Made by a program: the position numbers and the translations under genes. The notes below the pieces were generated by a model. The model was not told where the DNA came from. It made no database searches and saw only the letters and a list, made by a program, of their open reading frames with translations. A DNA stretch of 64,000 bases, from sequence record LR756501.1; one strand, given 5' to 3'. This document shows positions 36,032 through 48,140 of this stretch, piece by piece; position 1 is the stretch's first letter; each line of letters starts with the position of its first letter.

Positions 36032-36143
36032 TTATTTGTCCTTAATTTCTTCTAATTGGTCTATTGTATCTATATTAATATCACCCTAATCTATTATTAT
36101 CTAAAATTCTAATTTATCTATATAATATTTTAAGGACAAATAA
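36032..36143. repeat. 14-bp perfect inverted repeat enclosing a UAG-rich stretch
   Basis: TTATTTGTCCTTAA (36032-36045) / TTAAGGACAAATAA (36130-36143). Confidence 0.75.
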
Positions 36144-36215
36144 TTCTCATTTGTAATTTGATAACACAAAAATACGGAAATTCTGGGAAACAAAAAAATT
36201 TCTGGTGAAATTTTC

Positions 36216-36875
36216 TCACTTAATTTCTATTTTAAAATTCTGTTTATTCCTATCCTCGATAGGCTTTTTAGTCATATATACTGATAAAATTCCGTCTTTA
36301 TATTCACTCGATATCTTGTTCAAGTCTATATTATAATGAGTTATATCATATTTCTTATTAAATACATCACCTATTTCAATATCGATTCTCTCGTACTTTC
36401 TTTCTCCCAAAGAAGAAAGACTCATGTTATACCAAGGCATCCCTTTTATACAAAGGAAAGTTTTATTCTCTACTGTTTCAATAGTAATGTCCAATTGTTG
36501 TTTGTTCACACCTGGACAAATAACATCGATAACAATAGTATTTCCTATAACTTCATACACGTTGGTTAACGGGTAATCAACTATTTTCTTAGGTACAAAA
36601 GCTGATACTGGTTTCTTCACAACATTAACGATATCTTCGTATAGTTTATAAACATCAGATTCAAAATTAGCTTTACCGTGTTGTTCGTATAGTTCTTCCA
36701 TTAACTTCTTGGTCTTCTCTTCATTAAGAGGGAAATTCTCTTTTAAGAAGTCTTTTAATTTACCGTCTATTTTAATATTAAATGTTTTATTTTCCATATC
36801 TTTATTTCCTTTCTTTGGTGGAAAATCTTTCCACTCGTCACCGTAAGACGCACTACCTGGATAACCTACTCCCAT
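36216..36875 (-). CDS. Hsp20/alpha-crystallin family protein
   Basis: PLTNVYE...I.V..PGVNK.QLDITIE; I.SEYKDGIL.V.M.K; KIEIK. Confidence 0.85.
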   Translation of the reverse strand: MGVGYPGSASYGDEWKDFPPKKGNKDMENKTFNIKIDGKLKDFLKENFPLNEEKTKKLMEELYEQHGKANFESDVYKLYEDIVNVVKKPVSAFVPKKIVDYPLTNVYEVIGNTIVIDVICPGVNKQQLDITIETVENKTFLCIKGMPWYNMSLSSLGERKYERIDIEIGDVFNKKYDITHYNIDLNKISSEYKDGILSVYMTKKPIEDRNKQNFKIEIK

Positions 36876-36885
36876 AACATTTTAT

Positions 36886-37786
36886 TTATTTATCTATTAT
36901 ACCACCTAAATATAAATCAAAAGAATTATCTGTGTAATAATTTAATTCAAATTCACCGTCATATAACTTATTAATATTGAAATTCTCTATCTCTAATCCC
37001 GACACGTCATTAATACTCAACGGAAACTTATCTTCAACTAATTGTTCCAATATCTCAAGATTCTTCTTGGATAAACTTCTTTTGTATATCTTATGTAAAT
37101 GTAATTTATATCCGTTGCTATCAATAACTTTAAACTTACTCGTGAAATTAAAAGTTATATCCACGTCCAATTCCTTAGGCTCAAACCCAAAAAATTCATC
37201 GTCGTCTATATAATTATTCGCCATGCTATTCCATTTTTTTATTATATCAAAAAAATGATTGGTTGTTTAAAAATTATGATAGTAACAAACCAGGTGATTG
37301 CCAACGCTTATCAGAGAAAATCTCTTTCAATTGATCCTCATTCAAATTATTAGGATCCCACCCTTTAGTCCTAGCGTATTGAACCTTAAATTTTTCTCTC
37401 AAATCATGCATTTCACTCTCACTTAAAGCAGAGTCTTTTACCATAGGTGTTCCAGGTGCTATTATCCTACCCATACCATTTTGATTCAATGTTATCATAT
37501 CAGTAACTTATTTTTTCTTATATATTAATTAAAATTTGTCATTTTTGTCATTTTTTTAAACCATTTTCTATTTTTAATATATAATGTAAAAATATTAAAG
37601 TTTATAATAATGGCTGGTAACAACAACAAGAAATTTGTAGAGTTCTTAGAATTCGTGGATAGTGGTAAAGTGAAATTGTTCAAAATGAAAGATTTTGAAG
37701 AAATGGAGCAGATCAGGAAAGACTACGCCGATGGTATAGATGTTACTGATAGTGTGGATAGATTTATAGAAAAATTCTCAAAGTGA
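36886..37786. CDS. Three small hypothetical proteins (36886-37224 minus, 37274-37498 minus, 37610-37786 plus)
   Basis: Divergent TATATA motifs at ~37520 and ~37575; 37610-37786 is missing from the ORF track. Confidence 0.55.
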
Positions 37787-37818
37787 AAACTTTTGTCTTT
37801 ATAATTCGTATATAATTT

Positions 37819-38958
37819 ATGAATAATAATGAAGGCAAATTAGATATAGACTACATAGAAAGTGTAGTTCAAAAGATACTGGATAAAGCACATACCGATC
37901 CCGAAAAGAGGGAAATTAAACGTTATCCAAGTAATCAAAATCCAACCAAATTAAATTTCGCTTGCCCTATCTGTGGCGATAGCCACTCTAAAATGAGCAT
38001 GAAAAGAGGTCACTTACATCTCAAAAATCTCTATTACGTTTGTTATAACGAAAGAGAAACAGACTCCATGTTCTTTTCTAAATTCTGTAAAATGTTCAAC
38101 ATCGAACTTGATATGGAAAAGAAAATGGAAATCTATAAATATCTCGATAGTAACTGGACATATACCAAGAAAGACGATTTCGCCATAACAAATATGGACA
38201 AACTTCTTGATATAGAAGATTTTAAAACTCATATAACAGAACATCCAACTTATCTTCTCAACTTTAAGCCTATCACTAAAGGTGGTGTTCAGTGGAAATA
38301 TTTAGCAGATAGAAAGATATTCAATCACGATAATATTTGGGAAGGGATATATAAAATCACAGATACTTGGTTCGAGCCTGTTATTGTTATCCTAAATAGA
38401 AGTGGTGATAAACTACTTGGCATGCAACTCAGAAACTTAAAAGCTGAAAAAGGTAAACGTATTTATAAGTTCATTGATTTCCAAGAATGTTATAACATGC
38501 GACACCCAGATGATACTTTAGATGAAATGGAAGCTGTGCCTTATAATAAAATATCAGCCATATTCAATTTCTTAAATGTAGATTACGATAGACCTGTCTA
38601 TGTTTTTGAAGGATATTTGGATAGTGTGTTCTTCCCAAATTCAATTGCACTTGTTGGATTAGATACTGATATATCTATGTTCAGCGACGAGAATGTAGAT
38701 ATAAAATTCGTTCTTGATAACGACGACGCAGGTCAACGTAAAGCAAAACAAATGATTGATATAAACCACTCAGTTTTTCTATGGAAGAAATTAATCAACC
38801 ATTTATCAAAAGGTAAAGGTGCTAAATACAAACACCACATGGAAGATTGTAAAGATATAAATAAACTTGTGGAATTCTACGAAGATCCTAATATCTACTA
38901 TAAACTAGAGTTGGAGAAATTCTTTGCGAAGGATCAATTCGATTTGATTGATATGTAA
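37819..38958 (+). CDS. DNA primase (T4 gp61-like)
   Basis: NFACPICGDS...RG...Y.CYN Zn finger; TOPRIM VFEGYLDS; FVLDNDDAG; KDIN. Confidence 0.88.
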   Translation: MNNNEGKLDIDYIESVVQKILDKAHTDPEKREIKRYPSNQNPTKLNFACPICGDSHSKMSMKRGHLHLKNLYYVCYNERETDSMFFSKFCKMFNIELDMEKKMEIYKYLDSNWTYTKKDDFAITNMDKLLDIEDFKTHITEHPTYLLNFKPITKGGVQWKYLADRKIFNHDNIWEGIYKITDTWFEPVIVILNRSGDKLLGMQLRNLKAEKGKRIYKFIDFQECYNMRHPDDTLDEMEAVPYNKISAIFNFLNVDYDRPVYVFEGYLDSVFFPNSIALVGLDTDISMFSDENVDIKFVLDNDDAGQRKAKQMIDINHSVFLWKKLINHLSKGKGAKYKHHMEDCKDINKLVEFYEDPNIYYKLELEKFFAKDQFDLIDM

Positions 38959-39652
38959 TTACGCTTCTCTTGGATCACCAAGACCTTCAGCTCTATAAAG
39001 AGCGTCAATCTTCTTATCCATTTTTTCAATTTTTTTGGTTAAAGCTTGCACCATGTCTATAATTACGTATTCGCCCCCTTCATTTAGAACTTCATCGTCA
39101 TATAACATTTCAGTAAATGTTTTTACTTTTTCTTCCATTTAAATTTTGATTATTTTTACCAACTGTAAAGTTCCTCGTAACCATCTTCGGCTTGTTCTCC
39201 ACGAGCTAACACAGTGTAATCGCTCCAATCTTCAGCGTTTTGTATATTCCAAGGTCCTATCAAATCTTCTAGATATTTATGTAATGGTTTATCACTATCT
39301 GAATCATACATTACAAATTCACCCTTATCGACATCAATAACAGGAAATTCATCGTGTACTTGACCAAATGTGCTAGGTCTCATTCTTTTTTCTTTAGTTA
39401 CAGGAAGATGTCCAGTTTTTATTAAATAAAATCCGTCAACGTCATCATCATAAAGTTTTTTAACTTCCATTGAGTCGTTCACTACATTTTCATTTATAAA
39501 TTCACTTAATTTGGTCTTTATGTTATTCATAACTATTAATAATTTTTTTGATAACGTTGCTTCTCACCGTAAGCTGGACATTTAGTTGAAGCACAAGATG
39601 CTACTAAAAATGATAACACTATAATAGCCATTAAAATAATTTTCTTTTTCAT
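38959..39652 (-). CDS. Small proteins 38959-39138 and 39156-39530, and small lipoprotein 39536-39652
   Basis: KTFTEM..LNE and KLSEFINEN N-termini; MKKKIILMAIIVLSFLVAS-C lipobox. Confidence 0.55.
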
Positions 39653-39654
39653 TT

Positions 39655-41038
39655 TCATTTTCCAGCGTAATTTTTTAGTTTTTCGTACATGTCTGTTAAT
39701 TTATCTCTGTGAAGTTTTTTACTTTCATGCCATAGTTCGTCAAATGTAATAAACATATTGTAAGTTTCTTTATCAAGAATCATACCTTTATCAAATTTCT
39801 TATTATTACTTTTCCATAATTCATCTGGTGATAAAGCTGCTTCACCCTTTGGTACTATAAATCCGCCAAATTCTTTACCAACTGAATAAGTTTTCCAAAT
39901 TATTAATTCTTTATCTTTACCGTAAACGTAATAAGTTTTATGATCGTCTCCAATATCCCAATATATTCTACCGTTGATGTTTTGTACTTTCTTACTTCCT
40001 TTACCTTTAGATGTTAAGAAAGGAACACCAGGTATAAGAGTGTCTTTATCTAATCTGATAGGAATGCCAAAATTATCTAATTCGTGGTCACCAGTGACTT
40101 TATTCCTCTTGTAAACAGGTTTATCAAGACTTAGTTTACCTTTTTTAGCGTCGTTAAAAATTTCAACTTCTTGTTTAGTAAGAGAGTTTTGTCCGTATTT
40201 CCTAATCTTATCTATGTAATAGTTTATGATTTTATCAGAAGTGGCTGTTCTCTCGTCAGTATCGTAAGCCTCGTAAAAATCATATACGCCTTCATTTATA
40301 GGTTTAACTTCTTCCTTAACTTCGTCTTTCTTATTTCTTTTCTTTCTCATGTTTTTATAATAATTTTAGAAATCTCAATCTTAACTTATTTAAGACGTCA
40401 ATATTCCTTCTTTGATTTTCTTTATATAATTCCACGAAATTTATGAAATCTTCGTACAAATCTTCATCTAAAACCATACCGTAATCAAATGTGAAATCTA
40501 ACTCTCCCCACAATTGCTCAGGACTCATCTTTTTATAGAAAGCGTATTTTTGAGCGTTGGTATCTAAAAATTGTCCAAATGGGTATTTATCTCCACCGCC
40601 AGTTCTATAAATTATCCAATCATTTGTTATACCACTATCTGTTTCTATTGTTGTATATACATATATTCTTCTTTCTTCGTTATCTTTATTCCTGTAAACT
40701 CTTGCGTCCATTATATCTTTAGTAGATAATTTATCGGCTCCTTTTTGTTTACCTTTAACTGTTACAAATTCTTGTCCTGGTTTCTCGGGCTCTTCATCAG
40801 TAAGTACATTACCTTCATCATCAAATAAATATCCACCACCAGTCTTGTGTGTTTGTAGAATAGGTCTATCATCTGGTTCATCTGGAAGACTACCACCCTT
40901 ACTTAAAGTAACAAGAAGTTCGTGCTCTTCAGCGGTGAGTTTACGCTTATTCATTATCTCTAAGAGTTCGTCTATCTTTTGTTGCTCACGTTTACCCTCG
41001 TTTATGAATGATCTATATGACTTTACTATTTTATCCAT
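39655..41038 (-). CDS. Paralogous pair (39655-40350; 40355-41038) with a DUF6576-like helical motif
   Basis: IDKIRKYGQNSLTKQEVEIF / IDELLE..NKRKLTAEEHELL; shared C-terminal domain. Confidence 0.6.
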
Positions 41039-41085
41039 GAAGATATTATTCCTTTTTGCTTATATATTAAATTTTAATTTCTATT

Positions 41086-44000
41086 TTATATCTCATCAGA
41101 TATAATTTTTGCCCCGTACGGTGCCAAATGTAAATCTCTTAATTTTCTATTACCGTTACATTTAAAAATACCAACAGAAGCAGGACCATTCTTTAAACTC
41201 TTTATATCATTATTAGAGCAATCATACATTCCTTCTATCATATCAGGACCGTCTTTTAAATCATCCAATAAATTAAAACTACAATCAAAATTACCAACTA
41301 ATAAATCAGGCGACCCCTCCAACGATACTAATAAACAATTATCTACGTAATAAGATCCATTTACTATCTTCGGTCCACCAATCAAATCAGGCATACTATT
41401 ATAACTAGCCAGAAAATCTTTTTGAATCTTTTCTGGTGCACCAGCTAAATCATTTAAACCGCTCTGCCTTACATCGTAATTACCGCCTACAACAGAAGGT
41501 CCCATTTTTAAACTACCTAACCTATTATTGGTACAAATGAAATCCCCCTCTACAACATCTGGACATCCCTTTAAATTAACCAACCCACAAGAAGAAGCGT
41601 CAAAATTCCCCATCACGTAATCAAATTTAATAGGAATAGTAGCCAAAGGCATCCTAATCTTTACACTTTCCAAAGCATCTACCGTGTAATCATCATTAAT
41701 CTTATACTTTTTAAGACCTATCGTATTCAAGAATTTAATGATCTTATCCTTCTGATTATCTTTTATATAGTACATAATATTATGATAGTCAGCGTCTTGG
41801 AAAGTCATACAACGAAGAGTTGGATTATAGATGAGCATTTCGGCTTCGTTTAGGATTTCGAATTGTTGTGTAGTAATCTCAAGATATTCCCCGCTTGGTA
41901 TTCCAACGATACCAATCATAGCAGTTTTTGATTCAAACAATCCAAATTTCTTTATCATAGAGCGTAACTTTCAATTTGCCATCTATCTTCTTCATCGAAG
42001 AAATAGTAATTTTTTATTTTATTATATTTTATCACACTCGTCATCGCTAAATTCATCGCGTCTTCTTCTGGTACGTTTAAAACCTCTCCAGATGGCATTT
42101 CAACTAGTTCTTCAACTTTAATTATATTGGTATAATAAAAAGACACTAATTCGTTATTATAATCTAACATTATTCTCACGTCTCCATTATCTGATCCACT
42201 ATTATTTATACTTATGATTTTACCAGATTGCATGTAATGTTTAGAATCCCTATATTTAATGATAACTTTATCACCTGTATTAAGATTGGTATCCCTCAGA
42301 GATTTATAACTTTCAAATTTCTTTATCATTGAATAAGTTATTATTTTTTATGAAGTTACCTTTCACAATGGGAGCGTCATTTATATTTCTTAATGAATTA
42401 TTACTACAATTAAAGTCAGTCAATCTTATAGGTGATCCTGTTAAAGACGAAAGTTTATTATGACTACAATTATATAGTTTAGATACCAATCTAGGACCAC
42501 CGTTTAAATCCTCTAAATGATTAAAACTACAATCAAATCTTCCGTGAACTGTTCTTGGTGAATTTTCTAATGTTTCAAGTAGATTGTACGAGCAATTGAA
42601 ATCACTCGAACATCTATTAAATTTAACAGGAATTTTTGTAAGTTTTTTATAAGCCATATTAACTGGACCCATAGCGTCAACACTTAAATCTGGTAAAATT
42701 GAAAATTGATCTTTCAATAACCCACAATCCAAAAGAAATTCTTTTATTAGATTCTTTGTTAAAACGTGTGTATCTTCACCAATTTTTGGAGGTCTCTTGT
42801 TAGCAAGATAATCTTTCACTTTAGGGGCAAGAAAATCACTACAAACCCATCTATATAAGTTTAACATCTTGCCTCTATCGTCGTCGTAGAATATGTAATT
42901 TTTCTTAACTAAAGGTTCAATATCTTCGTCTGAGAAGTATATAACTTCCCCACTTGGAACACAAACTAAATAGTTTTCCTTCCATTCAATAGATTCGTTA
43001 TATTTTAAAAAATTAGTTACCATGACCAACTTCCATCTCCTTCGTCCTTTAGATCATAAGTACCAAAGGTTTTAATTTTATTTTTCTTTAAAGCGTTCTG
43101 CATAGCAATTACAGGATCAACTTTTCCACCTATTCCACCCATTATATGTAAACAATCTGGTGCTCCATCCATAGATTTTAATTGATTTAAACTACAATCA
43201 AAATAACCCTTAACTTTCTTTGGTCCACCCTTTAAATCAGTTAATAGATTATCAGAACAATTAAAATCACTTCTTATAATCTCTGGTGATCCATCCAACG
43301 ATAATAATACATTTAAACTACAATCATATAAGGTGCCTACATACTTTGGTCCACCTGTTAAATCAGATAAATTATTATTACTAACTATAAACGAACCACC
43401 CACTTCATCTGGTGCACCGTCTAATGTTTCTAATTTCGAATCTCTCCAAATGAAATCCCCACTCACTCTCTTGAATTTCATCGGTATTCTTTTAAGAATA
43501 GAATTACTTACATATATATCACCAGAAACTTCAACACCTGTGGAAGTCAACATATATGTTCTAACTCTCTTCTGCTCATCAAAGAACATAGTCAATTTGT
43601 TCATGTAATCATCACTATAAGAGATACTTACATCTTTTTCTGGTTCTTTAATTTTTCTTTTTAGGTATCTCATGACTTTTTCGTAATCTTCGTCTTTAAA
43701 TACGTAGGACATGAGGTTATTATGATAAGATATGAGTCCTTCTTGTTTAATATTATTGATTTCTTTGTAATAAATATCAATAATCTGTCCACTAGGAAGA
43801 CCTATCAAATAATCTGTGTTTATTTTAAACTGTCCCCATTCTTTAATCATAATCTACCTCATCTATTTCGTTTCCTTCGTTGAATATAATTTTATTACAC
43901 GAAGGCATGCCCATTAAATTAAAAAGTCTGTTATGTGTACAATTAAAATTACCCGATACTTCTCTTGGTCCATTTGTTAAAGTCGTTATTGCGTTATGAC

Positions 44001-44712
44001 TGCAATCAAAATTCATTGTCTTTCTTGATGAATGGAATAAGTCAGTTAATCTGTTATAAGATACATTGAAAAATCTAACATCTATTATTTTCTCAGGCAT
44101 TCCTTTCAATGTTTTTATATTGTTCCTTGCACAATCAAATACCACTTGGCAGTAAACTGGAAATCCATGTAAATCTTCTAAATTATTATCCATGCAATAA
44201 TAACCACCAGCAACAAATCTAGGACCACCTATTAGGGTATAAATTTGATTAGAACAACAATCAAAGAATCCACCAATTTGATTTGGTGTATTTGTTAAAT
44301 TGTTCAATTTATTCACACTACAATCAAAATTACCAGTTACTTGTCTGAATTTGATTGGTATTTTTTGTAACCCTTTATTACTTATATCTACATCTCCTGT
44401 AACATTTACACTTAAATCATCGTTAACTGTGTAATTAGTTATTCCAAAGTTCTCCATACAATAATGTACGTACTGAATTTTAATTGGATCTTGAGTGAGT
44501 TTCTTCACCATTAAATAATTCTGATCAAGAAAGGTAAAATACATACCGTCCTTGTTATATTTTATGAGTCTCTGCTTTTTTAGATTTATAAATTGGTCGT
44601 CTGTAATATCTAAAACTTCACCACTTGGCATACCAACTACGTAACTTGTTATAACACCTGGAAAAGTAGCGTCACCATCAAGCGTCTCATATAGTTTGAA
44701 AGTCTTAATCAC
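41086..44712 (-). CDS. Cluster of five PSG(E/Q)-domain paralogues, four with 22-aa LRR-like repeats (41086, 41955, 42313, 43017, 43843)
   Basis: G.PSG(E/Q)(V/Y)(L/I) N-domain; repeats F.CS.N.L..L.G.P..V.G; 41955 has a KOW-like domain instead of repeats. Confidence 0.8.
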
Positions 44713-44793
44713 TAAAAGGCAGTTTTTTATTTATATATAAAAAATAGGATCTAAATTTTAATATATATGAAAAAGAAAAATTAAAGCAAATAT

Positions 44794-45684
44794 ATGAAAA
44801 AATTGTCTAATATTAAAAATTTCGAATTGTTTTTAAATGAAAATGAAAATATCAATGCTGATAAGAATACTCTCGTATATTACGCTTTTGATATAGACGA
44901 CAACCTTCTATATATGCCTACTAGAATCCATATGGATCACTTAGTTGACGGCACTTGGATTACAGAACCAGTAGATACAGAAACTTTCGCCAAAATTAGA
45001 CAAGATAAAGTCAATTGGAGATATAAATCAGAGCACGAAGGCGACGCATCGTTTGTTGAGTTTCGTGATTGGGGTCCAGACGGTAAAGATACATTTTTAA
45101 ATGGATTTAAATACGCTGTTCTTCATAAAAGATTCGGTCCTTCTTGGACAAAGTTCATAGAATGTTTAGTCAACGGTAATATCTTCTCAATCATTACATC
45201 AAGAGGTCATTCACCTGAGAACGTAAGAAGAGCCTTTGAATGGTTGATATATGAATACGGATTAGATAATTTTAAAAATTTACATATAAAAAATGTAGAT
45301 AGATATAGTTCTTTTGAAGATCAAATGATACAAAACTTATTAAAATATCACGAGATATTCGGATCCGAACCCGATTACGTTATAGATGAATATTTGGATG
45401 TTTGTCCAGTATATACTATATCATCACCTTATTTTAAAGAAAAATTTGGTAAAATGGGACCAGATGACGCAAAGAAAGTATCTTTAAATGATTTTAATGA
45501 GATAGTAAAGACTTACGCCAAGAAACTTGGAGTTAAAGCCAAATATGGTTTCTCAGATGACGATCCAAAATTTGTTAAAGCCGCGGTTGACCAATTCAGA
45601 GAATTAAAAGACAAGGATCATAAATACGTTAAATATTCTGTATTTGATACAGGAGATAAAAAAATGAAGAAATTAGATATATGA
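44794..45684 (+). CDS. HAD-superfamily-like hydrolase with capsid-targeting-like N-terminus
   Basis: YAFDIDDNL; IITSRGH; GFSDDD; starts MKKLSNIKNFELFLNE. Confidence 0.7.
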   Translation: MKKLSNIKNFELFLNENENINADKNTLVYYAFDIDDNLLYMPTRIHMDHLVDGTWITEPVDTETFAKIRQDKVNWRYKSEHEGDASFVEFRDWGPDGKDTFLNGFKYAVLHKRFGPSWTKFIECLVNGNIFSIITSRGHSPENVRRAFEWLIYEYGLDNFKNLHIKNVDRYSSFEDQMIQNLLKYHEIFGSEPDYVIDEYLDVCPVYTISSPYFKEKFGKMGPDDAKKVSLNDFNEIVKTYAKKLGVKAKYGFSDDDPKFVKAAVDQFRELKDKDHKYVKYSVFDTGDKKMKKLDI

Positions 45685-46673
45685 AAAACTTTACGAGATT
45701 TATCAATGAAAATCTAGGAGAGAAAGACGATTTCTCTGGTGTTCTAACAGCAATGATGGAACTACCAACAGAAGAAATTTTAAAATTTCGTGACGAACTA
45801 AGAAGTTCCCTTAACGAAGGTGCTCTCAACGAAGCTTACTCCACAGACTTCTTTATGCGTCTAAAAGCCAAATTTAGAAGATGGTTTACTGATAAACTTT
45901 TCAATTTCTTAATCAATAGAAAGAAAGAGTATTACGAAAAGTTAATTGATAAATTGGCTATATTTGATTTAACACAAATAGATGACGTTTACAAAGCTTT
46001 CCCAGCTTTTCAATTAAAATCTATGTACCTTGCTGGGGGTATGGACGCTGCTAAAAAAGGCGGTAAAGTAGGTTGGAGAAATTTAGTTGAATACGAACTC
46101 GAAGTTAACCACCCAGGTAACAAAAAGAATTGTCCAGATGTTACAATATACCTTGGTCCAGAAGGAGACGAAGAAGTTCAAGTGAAACCATCCTACTGTA
46201 TTGACGGTCCTATGTTAGATTTGTTCATTACAAACCCAAGGAAATGTTTGAATTTATATAACTACCCAGCCTTGTTAAATCCTGTAAGAAAAGAAGTTGA
46301 TAGAAATAAAATGGATTTTGATACATATATCGGAGCTTTGAAAAACGCTAAATCAAATCAACAAGAAATAGAAGACGCTGTAAGATTCTTTAGAGAAACA
46401 GTATCTAAAAGAATCGCCTACGAAGACGAATTAATCATAAATAAATCAGATGCTATATTCTTGGGCCTCAATCCTGTGGCTGGTGCTGGAACATATGCTG
46501 AGCTTCAACTACTTAGTTTTATAGAAAAACCTCTCTTCTGTACTCTTGTAGAAGGATATGAGAATATGGTTGGTGGATTTAAATTATGGAACATGCCACA
46601 ACTTTGTAAGTTGGCAAGAAATGAAAAAGAAATGTTAACGTTAGTAGATACTTTATATGAGGCTGCTCATTAA
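45681..46673 (+). CDS. Nucleoside 2-deoxyribosyltransferase-fold protein with capsid-targeting-like N-terminus
   Basis: MYLAGGMD...GWR; LLNP; DE..I.KSDAI; GAGTYAEL; starts MKNFTRFINE. Confidence 0.65.
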   Translation: MKNFTRFINENLGEKDDFSGVLTAMMELPTEEILKFRDELRSSLNEGALNEAYSTDFFMRLKAKFRRWFTDKLFNFLINRKKEYYEKLIDKLAIFDLTQIDDVYKAFPAFQLKSMYLAGGMDAAKKGGKVGWRNLVEYELEVNHPGNKKNCPDVTIYLGPEGDEEVQVKPSYCIDGPMLDLFITNPRKCLNLYNYPALLNPVRKEVDRNKMDFDTYIGALKNAKSNQQEIEDAVRFFRETVSKRIAYEDELIINKSDAIFLGLNPVAGAGTYAELQLLSFIEKPLFCTLVEGYENMVGGFKLWNMPQLCKLARNEKEMLTLVDTLYEAAH

Positions 46674-47814
46674 AGAATATCAAACCAAACGCTGTGTTCA
46701 GTACTAAAATGAGATTTAAACTCATTAATAGTCTTTTCTAGTAATTCATTATCACCAGACATTTCAATTTCCGATATATTGATAATACTCTTTATGGTAT
46801 CTTTACCATAATGTTTGAGTCTGACTTCGTCGGCAAGCCAATCAATCAACTCAAGTGTTTTTGTTGCTTTCATTCGGGGTCGTAATAAAATTTCTTTGTA
46901 TTCTCAATAACTTTAATCAATTCTAAAACCTTTGGTCCACTTACCTCAAATACACTAACGTATCGCATGCCGTTACGTCTACTCATGTAGATATTAAGAG
47001 TGTGATGATCATGTGTTTTCTGGTGATGTATTCTAAAACAGATACTCACCGCCTCAGCTAATTTGTGTGTGAAAAGATACTGTGTATAAGTAGTATAGTT
47101 CCTTCTTTCCCACATATAGGTACTAGTCTCATTAGTAGTTCTAATTAACTGATCAACAGCTACATCCTTAGTGATATCAAGGTTATTTGGCACTTCAAAC
47201 ATTTACTCAGTTTTTAAAAAACTTTCAACGATTAACAAATCAGTAGTGTCCCATCCACCTAACTGATTAAGTAACTTAGTGGCATCTGTTTCACCACTCT
47301 TTAAGAATTCATTTACGATATTCAAATGCCTTTGTGTACAATTTCTTACACCTAATTGCCTAAGCAAACTTTCTGCTGTCTTCATATATTTATAATTTTA
47401 ATATTACCAATCAATTCTAATTGAATAATCACCAGCGTCAATTAAACCCTTCATATATAAATCGTTAGCTACTGTGTGAATGCTTGGGTAGAAATTTCTG
47501 TCCCACCACAAATCGATGAACCTTTTATCTTCTTTTTTACCGTTCCATTCTTTGGGGTCACGATCTAACCATTTTTGAAATTTAACACCCATAACTTCAC
47601 CGTTAATGACTTCTGGTATATTGTCGTGCATTTCTTCTTCTTGTTCTTCGGCCCAATCTGATGGTATTTGTAAATCAAATACTCCTCTAGATTGGCAACC
47701 CTCCTGTTGCTGGTAACAATACGGTCTATCGTAGGTGCTTGAAACTAAATCGTCCCAATCCTGTACGCTAATCATTTTTACGTTCCTTATCTTTAGTCTT
47801 TTAACGTGCGCCAT
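46670..47814 (-). CDS. Four small hypothetical proteins
   Basis: 46670, 46870, 47203, 47404. Confidence 0.55.
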
Positions 47815-48140
47815 ATTCGTTTTTTCTTTTATATATTAAATACAAAGATAATAAAATTATCCAACATAAAAAATTATGGTTTTAAAAATTTAATATATAA
47901 AGAAAAAATCTTTAACCATGAAGAATGTTCTCATTAAAGAAAAAGACGAAAGTCAACAAAACCGATGTATCGTTATTACAGGTAAAGATGGAACTAAAAC
48001 CTATAAATTAAATGGTATCTTTACACAATTCAATGATAAATCTAGAACTAGAAGTACAGCTTACTATTCAGAAGAAGAATATAAAGTACATCTCGATGAA
48101 TTGAAAAATAGAAAACCAGGAATAGAAACCAACGAACATA

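Noticed and set aside
41086-44712. Diversity-generating retroelement acting on the repeat proteins
   Set aside because: No reverse transcriptase and no TR/VR pair with adenine-specific mismatches seen in this window.
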